Source of the DNA: Candidatus Levyibacteriota bacterium
GTDB taxonomy: Bacteria > Patescibacteriota > Microgenomatia > Levybacterales > UBA12049
NCBI GenBank assembly: GCA_027334565.1
Contig: DAHWUP010000002.1
Span: forward strand, 13,203-77,202
Length of the DNA: 64,000 nt
Direction: 5' to 3'
The notes below the pieces were generated by a model. That model made no database searches. It saw only the letters and a program-made list of their open reading frames with translations, and was not told where the DNA came from. Numbering within the stretch: position 1 is the first letter of the stretch; every line of letters begins with the position of its first letter. The position numbers were made by a program, and so were the translations under genes. Below are positions 19,729 to 29,564 of the stretch, one piece after another.

Positions 19729-20213
19729 CGTACAGTGATCACTCCCGCTGAACTTACATTTACGGTTTTGGATAGGCCGTTTTCCGAAAAAACATAATTT
19801 CCGCTGCCGGATACATTTCCCGTCAATAACAGGAAAATAATATCGTCCCAACCGCCGGTAACTCCGGGGAAAACTACGGTTGTTCCGAAACTTTTGGTAA
19901 ATAAACCGTCCTGTACGGTTCCGCAATCGGCATAAAGAGTATACTTGGTTTTCCATACCCTGACGCGGTAATCCTGCAAGGGTTTACCGGCACAATTTGC
20001 GTCAGTTGGCACAACCTGAGAATATGCATTCGATTTGGCGGTATTTAGGGTATTGACAAAATCCGACAGATCCTGCTGAAAAGCCTGGCTTTTATTATAA
20101 TTTACGAATGCGCTGACACCTACCGCCGAAATTATCCCAATTAAAGCGATGACAACCAGAAGTTCGATCAGGGTAAAACCCTTTGCGGCGAGCAGTAAAC
20201 CGTTTCTATTCAT
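19725..20213 (-). CDS. Type IV (pseudo)pilin
   Basis: MNRNGLLLAAK G|FTLIELLVVIALIGII is a class III signal peptide. Confidence 0.7.
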   Translation of the reverse strand: MNRNGLLLAAKGFTLIELLVVIALIGIISAVGVSAFVNYNKSQAFQQDLSDFVNTLNTAKSNAYSQVVPTDANCAGKPLQDYRVRVWKTKYTLYADCGTVQDGLFTKSFGTTVVFPGVTGGWDDIIFLLLTGNVSGSGNYVFSENGLSKTVNVSSAGVITVR

Positions 20214-20219
20214 AAAATC

Positions 20220-20681
20220 TTAGGGATTGGTTACCGTGTATGTAATTCCCGTTCCTCCGGCCACTGAACAAGACGCACCTCCGGCTGCTTGGGGATCGTT
20301 AACATTTTCCAGGCAGGCGGAAAGCGTATAAGAAACAACAGGTGTACCGCCGGGAGTATAGATATATGAACCTCCTTTGGGGTCTGTAGGAATAATCGAC
20401 ATGTAAATGATCGAACAATCAGGACTGCCAAACTTACCGGAGCAATCGTTTAAAAGCGCGGGGTAACTTCCGTTGTCCGAACGATACATCTCCAATGCGG
20501 ACTGAATTCGCCTCAAATCGGACTTCCTTTGCGTATCCCTCGCTTTTTGTAATTGCCCGAGCGGATTGACAATCACTATCAGTGTTCCCGCCATAATCCC
20601 GAGTATCGCAATCACAACGGTAAGTTCAATCAGCGTAAAACCCGCATGAGGATATGTAAACCGCTTAATTGTTCTTATCAT
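20220..20681 (-). CDS. GspG/PulG-like pseudopilin (type II secretion / T4P pilin family)
   Basis: HAGFTLIELTVVIAILGIMAG...QKARDTQRKSDLRRIQSALEMY is typical of the GspG N-terminal helix. Confidence 0.75.
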   Translation of the reverse strand: MIRTIKRFTYPHAGFTLIELTVVIAILGIMAGTLIVIVNPLGQLQKARDTQRKSDLRRIQSALEMYRSDNGSYPALLNDCSGKFGSPDCSIIYMSIIPTDPKGGSYIYTPGGTPVVSYTLSACLENVNDPQAAGGASCSVAGGTGITYTVTNP

Positions 20682-20726
20682 ATATTAATAGCCTAGCATA
20701 AATTTGATACGCTTGTCTATCGATTG

Positions 20727-21521
20727 CTATAATCCAAAAATCTTAAAGAATAAATAATTGAGCCGGCTTTGAAAAAAAAGCGTAAGAAAAGATCCTGCAA
20801 CCAGAAAAGGTCCGAAGGGCAGTGCGCTTTGAAATTTCTTTTTTTTAAGGAAAATCAAAAACAGGGCGCCTATTGCTCCTAATATGAAGGCCAGGTAAAG
20901 CGCAATGAATATTCCGGGAAAACCAAAAAACAATCCCAAAACAAACGACAGTTTTACATCACCACCTCCCATACCTTCTTTTCTTGTAAACAAATAAAAA
21001 ATATAAGAGACTGCGACAAAAAACAGCAAGCAGCCTATACCGGAAAGCAAGTGATTTACTATCACCGAAAGCGGGTTAAAAGAAAGCCAAAGTAAAATTA
21101 AAACAATGTCGAATATTAATATCGAATCGGGAATTATGCCTTTTTTAAAATCGATAAAAAATATTAAGATAAAACTGGAAATCATGGCTAGCAGATAAAA
21201 AAAGTAAAACAAAAACCTTAAATTTATTAGCGTAAGGGGAGTAATGAATATAAAAACGGCTATTGCAAACAAAAAACCCGTTACCAACTCTATTAAGGGA
21301 TAAAATAAAGACAATTTAGTTTTGCAGTAATGACATTTACCTTTCAGATAAACATAGGAAAAAATAGGAATCAAATCATACCAGGCAAGAATGTGTTTGC
21401 AGGTCTCGCAATATGAGCGGCCTACAAAAACAGACTCATGACGGGGAAATCTGTTAATTACTACGCCTAAAAAGCTCCCGATAAATAGACCGAATAAAAA
21501 CGCAAGAAAGACGTACATCAT
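20727..21521 (-). CDS. pilD: Prepilin peptidase PilD (A24 family)
   Basis: Tetra-Cys Zn motif CETCKH...CHYCKTK and multiple TM helices. Embedded among pilin genes. Confidence 0.85.
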   Translation of the reverse strand: MMYVFLAFLFGLFIGSFLGVVINRFPRHESVFVGRSYCETCKHILAWYDLIPIFSYVYLKGKCHYCKTKLSLFYPLIELVTGFLFAIAVFIFITPLTLINLRFLFYFFYLLAMISSFILIFFIDFKKGIIPDSILIFDIVLILLWLSFNPLSVIVNHLLSGIGCLLFFVAVSYIFYLFTRKEGMGGGDVKLSFVLGLFFGFPGIFIALYLAFILGAIGALFLIFLKKKKFQSALPFGPFLVAGSFLTLFFQSRLNYLFFKIFGL

Positions 21522-21551
21522 TATATATATCTTATTATATAAAAACCGGAT

Positions 21552-22100
21552 TTAATAGAGGGTTATACCGGCCGCAGGGGCCGTTGTGGCTGAGGCGATA
21601 CATCCTACGCCCGCTTTTCCTTGCGTAGAATCGTAGACAAACACTGCAGTTTGGCCTGTTGTACATTTGGCTTTAGTGAACGACTGATTAGATTCCGCGT
21701 CGGTCCAGACCAGGAAATTGGAAGTCCCGTTCTCCGAATAACAGAAAGTTCCTTGTGCGGCGGTGCCGGCCATTGTACCTCCGCAATTTGAATTTTGGGT
21801 AGGTGCCGTAATCGTATTCTTGATATCCTGAGAGTAAACAAGCACATTTTGCCAACCGGTAGAGAAGTTTGCGCCTGCAGGAGCTGTGCTTAACAACCCG
21901 GATTGTGCCGTGTAATAAGCCTGCACCGCGTGCCCCAACTGAGCTACATCGGAAAGCCTTCCGGAGTCCCTACCTCTTGCCAACTGTTCCAAAGGATTGA
22001 TGGCAACCAAAACTACGGCTGCCAAAATACCCAAAACTGCGATTACAATTAAAAGCTCGATCAGGGTGAAGCCTTTTGAGGATTTATATAACTTCTTCAT
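21552..22100 (-). CDS. pilA: Type IV major pilin (PilA-like)
   Basis: MKKLYKSSK G|FTLIELLIVIAVLGILAAVV with Cys-containing C-terminal domain. First pilin after pilC. Start set at 22100 (ORF track 22139). Confidence 0.7.
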   Translation of the reverse strand: MKKLYKSSKGFTLIELLIVIAVLGILAAVVLVAINPLEQLARGRDSGRLSDVAQLGHAVQAYYTAQSGLLSTAPAGANFSTGWQNVLVYSQDIKNTITAPTQNSNCGGTMAGTAAQGTFCYSENGTSNFLVWTDAESNQSFTKAKCTTGQTAVFVYDSTQGKAGVGCIASATTAPAAGITLY

Positions 22101-22202
22101 GTATATATAATGATATACATACATTTTAAAGTCTGTCAAGAGTCAATTTAAGGCCAGATATTTGAACTTGATAAATTAAGTTTTGAAAATGCCTTTGATT
22201 TA

Positions 22203-23414
22203 TTATTGGTTTCCAACCGAATTGATGAGGCTATATATCGGAGTGATCACCGAAATCAACAGGAAGGCGACACCTGCTCCCAGAATGATCATAATGATGG
22301 GTTCAAGAGCGGTTGTTAAGGTCTTGACCATCTGATCCGCCTCGCTCTCATAGTATTCCGAAGCTTTCATCAGACCCTCGTCGATCTTACCGGTCTGTTC
22401 GCCAACCTCAACCAACTGTATCAGCATTGGGGGAAATAATGTATAGCTGGACATCGAATCACCTATTCCGACGCCCTTTTCGACCATTTTTGCTACATCG
22501 ATAATGGCGGATTTATATAGAACGTTTCCCGTCGTATCCGCCGTTTCAAGCAAAGCCTGAACTACCAATGTGCCGGTGCCGACCAGAAGGCTTAAAGTCC
22601 TCGTAAATTCTGCCAGAATCGAATTGGAAAATAGCTTTCCGAATATCGGCAATCTTAGCAGTGCGCTATCGTAGATGAACCTGCCGTCGGTCGTATTTAT
22701 CCATTTTCTGAACGCAAAAATAACCACTGCAATAATTGCCAATACGACAGGCCAAGCTGTTACGATGAATTTTGACACATCCAACACTATCTGCGTAGGC
22801 AAAGGGATAGACACATTCATAGACGTGTATAAATCACTTAGTTGCGGTATCACGAAAAAAGTCATGATCATCATCACTCCGAACATCATGATGATGACAA
22901 TCGCAGGATACATCAATGCCGATTTTATTGTTGACTTAAGTTGTGACTGCCTCTCCATGTTCTCGGAAAGCCTCAAAAGTACCTTATCCAACAGCCCTCC
23001 CTGCTCACCGGCTTTTATCACCGAAACATAAATGGGCGTAAACACTTTAGGGTGCTTTTCTACCGCCTGACCCAAAGTTTTACCCTCCTGAACGTCATTG
23101 ATTATAGAGGTAATTACTTCGACGAAAGCCTGGTTCTTAATTTGGGCCTTTAAAAGTTCCAACGATTTTACCACCGTCAGACCCGAGGAGAGCATCGAAG
23201 AAAGCTGACGGGTAAAGATGATCAAATCCCTTGAACCGACCTTTTGTGACAAGAACGGCAAGTCGGACCAGAATTTATTGTCGATGCGGTCGATTGAAAT
23301 CGGCATCAGCGCTTTTTGTCTTAAATATTCGGCCGCGTCATCAATCGATTCCGTATCCAATAATCCGCGGGAAACATTTCCGTTATTATCTGTCGCTTTG
23401 TACCTGACTCTCAT
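22203..23414 (-). CDS. pilC: Type IV pilus platform protein PilC (GspF family)
   Basis: Two GspF repeats and 3 TM segments. About 400 aa. Confidence 0.9.
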   Translation of the reverse strand: MRVRYKATDNNGNVSRGLLDTESIDDAAEYLRQKALMPISIDRIDNKFWSDLPFLSQKVGSRDLIIFTRQLSSMLSSGLTVVKSLELLKAQIKNQAFVEVITSIINDVQEGKTLGQAVEKHPKVFTPIYVSVIKAGEQGGLLDKVLLRLSENMERQSQLKSTIKSALMYPAIVIIMMFGVMMIMTFFVIPQLSDLYTSMNVSIPLPTQIVLDVSKFIVTAWPVVLAIIAVVIFAFRKWINTTDGRFIYDSALLRLPIFGKLFSNSILAEFTRTLSLLVGTGTLVVQALLETADTTGNVLYKSAIIDVAKMVEKGVGIGDSMSSYTLFPPMLIQLVEVGEQTGKIDEGLMKASEYYESEADQMVKTLTTALEPIIMIILGAGVAFLLISVITPIYSLINSVGNQ

Positions 23415-23424
23415 ATAAAGATTC

Positions 23425-24492
23425 TTATTCTATCAAGCGCATCAATTCCTCAGTTCGAAGAGCATAGGCTTTGGCGGTTTCGATACTAACCGCCCCGGAC
23501 ATAACCAGCTGTGATAAAGAATGCTCAAGCGAGATCATTCCCGCATCCTGAGAGGTCTGGATGATCGAATCGATTAAATGCGTTTTTCCTTCCCGGATGG
23601 TACTTGCAACAGCCGAAGTGCCGACCAAAACCTCCACTGCGGGTATCCTGCCTCCGTTGACCATCGGGATCAACCTTTCCGATACCACTCCTTTAAGAGT
23701 AGCAGCCAGCTGAACCCTGACTTGCGCCTGTTGGCTGGCCGGAAAAGCATCGATTATCCTGTCTACCGTTTGTGCGGCAGAATTGGTATGCAAGGTGGAG
23801 AAGACCAAATGACCTGTCTCGGCGATGGTTAGTGCCGACGCGATGGTTTCGGGGTCCCTCATCTCACCCACAGAAACAACATCGGGATCCTCCCGAAGCG
23901 CCGACCTTAAAGCCATATTCCATGAATGGGTATCCACATCCATTTCTCTTTGGGAAATGATGCTTTTACCAGGAGGATAAACATACTCGATCGGATCTTC
24001 GATGGTCAGAATATGATTCGCAGTTTCAAGGTTTATCTCGTTGAGCATGGAAGAAATGGTTGTGGATTTACCGTGACCCGACGGACCGGTTACCAAAATG
24101 AAGCCTTGTTTAAGTTGAGCGAATGCGTGGCAAATCTTGGGTAAGTGGAGTTCCTCGACCGTTTTAATTTTCGGCTGCAGATATCTGAACGCAACACTCA
24201 TCAAACCTCTCTGATAATAAATATTGGCCCTGAACCTTCCCAGATCGCCATAAGCGCCTCCGCCAAAACCGAAGGAAAAATCGATTTCCTTGTTATTTAT
24301 CAACAGCTCCTTTTGTTCCGGTTTTAAAATCCCCATGAGCATCATCTCGATGTCTTTGGCTGCAAGCTGATTGTAACTTGTCAGATACCTTAATTCTCCG
24401 TCGATCCTTATCGCCGGATAATTTCCCGGTAAAAGGTGTAAATCCGATGCATTATTTTTAATTGTTAAATCCAATAGTTCCTGTATCGACAT
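23425..24492 (-). CDS. pilT: Twitching-motility retraction ATPase PilT
   Basis: Walker A VTGPSGHGKSTT, Asp box, His box. About 355 aa, PilT-size without the GspE N-domain. Confidence 0.9.
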   Translation of the reverse strand: MSIQELLDLTIKNNASDLHLLPGNYPAIRIDGELRYLTSYNQLAAKDIEMMLMGILKPEQKELLINNKEIDFSFGFGGGAYGDLGRFRANIYYQRGLMSVAFRYLQPKIKTVEELHLPKICHAFAQLKQGFILVTGPSGHGKSTTISSMLNEINLETANHILTIEDPIEYVYPPGKSIISQREMDVDTHSWNMALRSALREDPDVVSVGEMRDPETIASALTIAETGHLVFSTLHTNSAAQTVDRIIDAFPASQQAQVRVQLAATLKGVVSERLIPMVNGGRIPAVEVLVGTSAVASTIREGKTHLIDSIIQTSQDAGMISLEHSLSQLVMSGAVSIETAKAYALRTEELMRLIE

Positions 24493-24495
24493 AGT

Positions 24496-26241
24496 TTATT
24501 CCTGGGCAACCCTTAATACTTCCTCGATGGTCGTGACCCCGGCCAACACCTTCAGATAACCGTCCTGTTTCATGGTTATCATACCTTCAAGTATCGCCTC
24601 TTTTTCTATTGTACCAGAATCGGCGTGTTGTAAAATCAGCGTCGCGATTCTTTCGTTTATCGGCAATGTCTCAAAAATACCGATTCTTCCGATATAACCC
24701 GATCCGCCGCATTCCTGGCAACCCTTTCCTTTATAAAACTTTATTTTCCCGATATTTGCCGGGAAGTATTTACCCAACACGTTCTTTATCTCCGTGACCA
24801 GCGGGGGAGGAGGCGTCAGTTCAACTTTACAATGTTGGCAAATCTTGCGCACGATCCTTTGTCCGAGTACAGCATTCATGGTGGATGCCAGCAAAAAAGT
24901 CTCCGCACCAAGATCGAGAAGCCGGGGAAGTGCTCCGGCAGCATTTGAGGTATGCAGGGTTGAAAACACCAAATGTCCGGTCAAAGCGGCTTGAATAGCA
25001 AGTTCTGTAGTTTCCGGGTCCCTGATTTCTCCGACCAGAATGATATTCGGGTCCTGCCTTAAGAAAGACCTTAAGCCTTCCGCAAAAGTAAGACCCACCG
25101 CAGGATTTATCTGCACCTGATTGACCCCCTGCATTTGATATTCAACCGGATCCTCAAGCGTTGAAATATTAACCCTGGTTGTATTCAATTTGTTCAAAAC
25201 GGAATAAAGGGTGGTCGTTTTACCGGAACCGGTCGGACCTACTACAATGATTATACCATGGGGCCTAAGCATTGCCGTTTCCAGATTGCGCAAAGAAGAA
25301 CCGTTTAACCCCAGTTCTTCAAGCGTAGGTACGCCGCCGGATTTTCTTAAAAGCCTCATCACGATCTTTTCACCAAAAGTTGTCGGCAAGACCGAGATCC
25401 TCAGGTCAACTTCCTTATCGTCAACCTTGAAATTGAATCTACCGTCCTGCGGGATACGGTGCTCGTCGATCTTCATCTCGGACAAAATCTTGATCCTGGA
25501 AATAACCGCTTCCTGAACGCTTTTGGGCAACGACAATCTGTCGTATAAGATTCCGTCTATGCGGTACCTTACCCTGACCCGGTCTTCCATCGGCTCGATA
25601 TGAATATCCGACGCTCTGCTGTTGACAGCGTACTCGAGTATGGTCGAAACGATTTTTGCTATCGGCGCCTCTTTGATTATCTGGGCGATTTGTTGGGTAT
25701 CGACCGTTTTAATTTTGGAGGTGGTCTCAGTTTCTTTCAGGGCTTCTCCCACTTCCCCCACCAATTCCTGTCGGTATTGCTGGTCAATAGCCCGTTGAAC
25801 CTGCGTTTTTGAAGCCGCAAAGGCTTTAATGGTCTGACCCGATCTTTCCTTGACAAAAGTGATCGCCTCAAGGTCGACCGGGTTGGACATGGCAATAGAA
25901 AGGATTTTTGACTTCTCGTCATACAAAAACGGGATCAGCGAAAATCTTTCCGCGACCGAACGCGGAACAAAACCCAGGGCTTGGGGGGAAAACGATTGGG
26001 TGTCAAGCGAAACGAAAGGTATGTCAAAGACCTTCGCTTTTGCCTGCGCCAGTTTTTCTTCGGGAACAATATTCGAATCCTCGACAATGCTTTCTTCGGT
26101 TGCGCCACTTGAAGCACTTTTTACCTTAATGTCGTCGTATTGTTGTTTGGTTATGAGCTTTTCCGAAAATAACACATCGGCAATGGTTTTGGCGTCGGAA
26201 AAGCCGTCGGCACCTGATGATAAAGTTATCGTATCGGGCAT
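24496..26241 (-). CDS. pilB: Type IV pilus assembly ATPase PilB (GspE family)
   Basis: N-terminal GSPII_E_N domain, Walker A VVGPTGSGKTTTLY, tetracysteine motif CQHC...CQEC. Confidence 0.9.
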   Translation of the reverse strand: MPDTITLSSGADGFSDAKTIADVLFSEKLITKQQYDDIKVKSASSGATEESIVEDSNIVPEEKLAQAKAKVFDIPFVSLDTQSFSPQALGFVPRSVAERFSLIPFLYDEKSKILSIAMSNPVDLEAITFVKERSGQTIKAFAASKTQVQRAIDQQYRQELVGEVGEALKETETTSKIKTVDTQQIAQIIKEAPIAKIVSTILEYAVNSRASDIHIEPMEDRVRVRYRIDGILYDRLSLPKSVQEAVISRIKILSEMKIDEHRIPQDGRFNFKVDDKEVDLRISVLPTTFGEKIVMRLLRKSGGVPTLEELGLNGSSLRNLETAMLRPHGIIIVVGPTGSGKTTTLYSVLNKLNTTRVNISTLEDPVEYQMQGVNQVQINPAVGLTFAEGLRSFLRQDPNIILVGEIRDPETTELAIQAALTGHLVFSTLHTSNAAGALPRLLDLGAETFLLASTMNAVLGQRIVRKICQHCKVELTPPPPLVTEIKNVLGKYFPANIGKIKFYKGKGCQECGGSGYIGRIGIFETLPINERIATLILQHADSGTIEKEAILEGMITMKQDGYLKVLAGVTTIEEVLRVAQE

Positions 26242-26318
26242 TACTATTATAGTAATTAAAAATAAGTTATAATGTCAACCAGAAACAACGACTAAAAAAC
26301 AGTCTGTCGAATAATCGT

Positions 26319-26957
26319 ATGCAAAGCGTGATCATCCTTGGTACAACCGAGAAAACCAGGGAGAAAGCAAATCAGATCCTTTCCGAATACAAAATCTCGA
26401 ATTTTGACGCTTCGGTCTTTTCCTCGGATAAGGCAATCGGAATTCCGGAAGTCAGACTCCTGCAAAAAAATATTTTTCTAAAACCGTTTGCGTCGGAAAA
26501 GAAAGCCGTGGTTTTGGAATGCTTTTGCGGCGTCACCGTCGACGCTCAAAACGCGTTTCTTAAAGTTTTGGAGGAGCCTCCGACAGACACTATTATAATG
26601 TTACTTGCCACAAGCCTTGATTTTATCTTACCGACGGTTTTATCAAGGTGCAATTTGATCGACCTGACAAGCAGAATACAGCAGTTGCCCAAACAACGTA
26701 AGGAAAATTTAGAACTGCTGGAATCATTGGTCTTTAGCGCGGAAAATCCCTTGCTGATCGCGCAAAACTACGGCAAATCCAAAGAATCTGCCCTCAAGAT
26801 ATTGGAAGAATTGATCACCGCTGCCGAAGAAAAAATGCAGACCGATCATTCGCTGGCAAAAACGCTGAAAGAGCTTCAAAAAACTTATACTATTATCAAA
26901 TCCACCAACGTTAATGTCCGTTTTGCCCTGGAAAACCTATTTTTAAATCTTAAATAA
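26319..26957 (+). CDS. holB: DNA polymerase III delta-prime subunit-like (short)
   Basis: AQNAFLKVLEEPP and LPTVLSRC are clamp-loader delta' motifs. Only 212 aa. Confidence 0.65.
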   Translation: MQSVIILGTTEKTREKANQILSEYKISNFDASVFSSDKAIGIPEVRLLQKNIFLKPFASEKKAVVLECFCGVTVDAQNAFLKVLEEPPTDTIIMLLATSLDFILPTVLSRCNLIDLTSRIQQLPKQRKENLELLESLVFSAENPLLIAQNYGKSKESALKILEELITAAEEKMQTDHSLAKTLKELQKTYTIIKSTNVNVRFALENLFLNLK

Positions 26958-26963
26958 CCGTCC

Positions 26964-27617
26964 TTAAGCGTTACGGCAATAGGAGAAAAGCGAAAAGACA
27001 TTCCCGAATCCTTTTGAGAATATGCCGTGCATTATGCAGGGAAGGAAATCATGCAACCTTATCATTGCCAGAAATCCCAAACCAATCACCAAAATGAAAA
27101 GGGTAGCAAAGTTATTTTTGACGAACTCAAGGCTTAACATTTTATTCTTACCGCGTTTATCTTTTACCAGCGAAACGATATTAAGTAAAACCGCCAGAAA
27201 AGGAAAGAACAACACCCAAGTAAAAAGCACAGGTGCCCGGTAAAGAAATGTATGGCTAAAAAAATTATACGATTGTTGATTAATATGCCCCAAGTTTCCC
27301 TGCGCGACCCTGCTTGAAAAATCAATGACGGACATCAATAAAATGGGCAAAAGAAGAACTGCTCCGGCGATATTAAAATTGTTAAGATGAAAATATTTTT
27401 TCATACCGACCTCTTGCATTTCGTATATATTCTCAAAAATAATACCTTTTGATAAATCCATTAACTGAAACGTCCAAAAACCGGCCCCGGCTTTTCCCTT
27501 GGCTCTCAACTCGTCATGATATAAATCCTCAAGATCCAAGAGTATTTGACTTTTGAATCTTTGCCGGTAGCTTTCGGGATAAAAACGGAGTAATTTTTTA
27601 TATATTTGTTCATACAT
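26964..27617 (-). CDS. PadR-associated integral membrane protein (hypothetical)
   Basis: Cytoplasmic N-domain (YPESYRQRF...LLDLEDLY) followed by about 4 TM helices. Overlaps the upstream padR stop by 8 nt (co-transcribed). Confidence 0.5.
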   Translation of the reverse strand: MYEQIYKKLLRFYPESYRQRFKSQILLDLEDLYHDELRAKGKAGAGFWTFQLMDLSKGIIFENIYEMQEVGMKKYFHLNNFNIAGAVLLLPILLMSVIDFSSRVAQGNLGHINQQSYNFFSHTFLYRAPVLFTWVLFFPFLAVLLNIVSLVKDKRGKNKMLSLEFVKNNFATLFILVIGLGFLAMIRLHDFLPCIMHGIFSKGFGNVFSLFSYCRNA

Positions 27618-27963
27618 AGCATAAGAAAAGTTTTAATGTTGCCGGATCTTCCAGGACATTGATCTTTTTTGCTCGATGAAGTGTTTCTTCATACCTTTGT
27701 AATTCGGACGAAAGATTTCTTCTGCCAAGCGACGTTAAGGTGTAATATTTTCTTCTGTCCTTTTCCCCGGCTTCTTTTACCCAACCGCTCTTAAGCATCC
27801 TTTTTATAGCGCCGTACAGCGTGCCCGGGCCCATGGCGACTTTCCCTTTTGAGTCGGTTTTGACCTGTTTCATGATATCGTAGCCGTGTCTATCCTTAAC
27901 CGCCAGAGAAAGGAGGATAAAAAGGACCTGTGGGGAAATAGAATCAATGGTTTTGCTATTCAT
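27610..27963 (-). CDS. PadR family transcriptional regulator
   Basis: Winged-helix region HGYDIMKQV...GPGTLYGAIKRMLKSGWV is the PadR signature. Confidence 0.85.
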   Translation of the reverse strand: MNSKTIDSISPQVLFILLSLAVKDRHGYDIMKQVKTDSKGKVAMGPGTLYGAIKRMLKSGWVKEAGEKDRRKYYTLTSLGRRNLSSELQRYEETLHRAKKINVLEDPATLKLFLCYV

Positions 27964-28024
27964 GCCTTTATTATATCACTTCGCGATATACTGTCAAGTC
28001 TACTAATATTTTCAAAAATTATGA

Positions 28025-28030
28025 TAGAAT
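28025..28030 (+). promoter_or_regulatory. -10 element TAGAAT 6 nt upstream of ATG 28037
   Basis: tagaat, then aatttt, then ATG. Confidence 0.4.
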
Positions 28031-28036
28031 AATTTT

Positions 28037-28243
28037 ATGAGCGCAGAAAATCTTGGTGAAAGGCCCCGAACCGCCTTGGAAATGTCCATACACTTGAGCA
28101 GATTATTGCCGCAAATGGGCATCCATCCCGAAGTGGCCCTTCATGAAGCACTTTTGCGGATGTCCGCTGAGAAAGAGCATGAACTGCCCTTTGAACGAAC
28201 ACAAACGGATGTTAACCAAAAAACCCGAAGCCCCGTGCTATAA
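28037..28243 (+). CDS. Hypothetical small protein (68 aa)
   Basis: ORF preceded by -10-like element. No recognisable domain. Confidence 0.3.
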   Translation: MSAENLGERPRTALEMSIHLSRLLPQMGIHPEVALHEALLRMSAEKEHELPFERTQTDVNQKTRSPVL

Positions 28244-28244
28244 T
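28236..28244 (+). promoter_or_regulatory. Extended -10 (TGcTATAAT) 7 nt upstream of GTG 28252; overlaps stop codon of preceding ORF
   Basis: tgctataat at 28236-28244, then tttccca, then GTG. Confidence 0.45.
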
Positions 28245-28251
28245 TTTCCCA

Positions 28252-29253
28252 GTGAGTAAAGCGGTGATCCCACATAAAGACGCAATTATCGATAAAGGTT
28301 CGTTCAGAAATGTAATGGCCCTTGCCCTTGATCCGTCAACACATTACAAAACCGGGCTCATCAGATGCATCACCAAAAGGACAGGCAAACTCCATGTCAG
28401 GGGCTATATCGATGAAAGCCTGCTGTATAAAGTTGAAAGAAGCGGCTTGGAACATTTTATAATCACCGACAGGTTAAAAATTGAAAATGAAAATGAATTG
28501 ATTAATAACTTAACCGGCGGCAGGAAGTTCTTGGGACTTGAGGATCCGGATATCTGGCTGGATGAAGAATCACAAAGGCTGCATGTTTATTACACCATTC
28601 CCTTTCTTGACGAAAACCGCAAAAAAACGGAGACCTACCTTGGCCACGCGGAAGGAAACGATTTGGATTCGTTAAAAATGACGGCGCCGCTTATTTCGCC
28701 CGATGCGCAAATCTCCCGCGCCAAAGAGGTTTCGATCGCTCCCAAAAATAGTCGGGGAGTGAGACTGAATTTAATTGAATCACGCGAAAGAAACGACACC
28801 ATCGATTATTCGACCGTACGCGTGGCGGTTGCCCCAAATCCTTCGGATAACTGGTCACTGGGGAATCTGGTGTTTCATCCAAAAACAAACGGTTACGATT
28901 GGTGCAGCGGCCACGCTTCGCCCGGTCCTATGTTTTCCAAAAATTTTATTGACGTCGGGAAGAACAAAGTGCTTGCGATACTAAACGGCCGCGAAAAAGA
29001 GGTCCGCAAAAACGGAAAAGCTTATTACGGAATGTTTTCGGTCGGACTGATGATCTATAACTTCGAAGAGGGTAAGATCGAATGGACCTCTAAGCAACCG
29101 CTTATTAAAGACCCAAACGCCAAAACTATCACTTTTGCCAGCCAGTTTGTGCAAACGAATGCAAATGAAGGAATTCTTTATGCACATATCGACGATTCAT
29201 TCGTGCGTGCATATACCCTCAGAGCCGATGGATTACGAAGTCTCCTACCGTAA
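28252..29253 (+). CDS. Hypothetical protein, 333 aa (possibly beta-propeller glycosidase-like; unverified)
   Basis: GTG start. Long ORF with clean codon structure. No motif I can assign with certainty. Confidence 0.5.
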   Translation: MSKAVIPHKDAIIDKGSFRNVMALALDPSTHYKTGLIRCITKRTGKLHVRGYIDESLLYKVERSGLEHFIITDRLKIENENELINNLTGGRKFLGLEDPDIWLDEESQRLHVYYTIPFLDENRKKTETYLGHAEGNDLDSLKMTAPLISPDAQISRAKEVSIAPKNSRGVRLNLIESRERNDTIDYSTVRVAVAPNPSDNWSLGNLVFHPKTNGYDWCSGHASPGPMFSKNFIDVGKNKVLAILNGREKEVRKNGKAYYGMFSVGLMIYNFEEGKIEWTSKQPLIKDPNAKTITFASQFVQTNANEGILYAHIDDSFVRAYTLRADGLRSLLP

Positions 29254-29300
29254 CTTTGTCAAAAATATCACGCGGGACAGGAAATGGTATAATTCCAACC

Positions 29301-29561
29301 ATGCCGATAGCAGAAACACTTAGTAACTCTTTACATAATCAGCTAAACCGCGAAGTTGCTACCGCTTCAATTTTCGGTCTGGGTGGTATCGCACTCACCG
29401 TAGCGGGTCTTGATACAACAATCCGCGGATTTGAACATCAGGATTTAATCGGAATAGGTTTCGGAACTTTCGAACTGCTTTTGGCGACCCAACCGGCAAC
29501 GGATTTTAGACAGCATCTCCGTGCTCTCAATGCAACCCCTCACACGAATGGAAAAAAATAA
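29301..29561 (+). CDS. Hypothetical small protein
   Basis: Start moved to ATG 29301 (MPIAETL...), which is preceded by TGgTATAAT at 29285-29293 plus 7 nt. Confidence 0.35.
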   Translation: MPIAETLSNSLHNQLNREVATASIFGLGGIALTVAGLDTTIRGFEHQDLIGIGFGTFELLLATQPATDFRQHLRALNATPHTNGKK

Positions 29562-29564
29562 TTT

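Noticed and set aside
19729-19956. 76-aa N-terminal extension of ORF 19243..19956 (MENQVYSLCRLRNR...)
   Set aside because: The extension is Arg/Cys-rich junk and fully overlaps the 3' end of the upstream pilin gene. An internal ATGATG at 19728 gives a canonical prepilin leader (MMIINDKGQSLVEA...) and the typical ATGA stop/start overlap.
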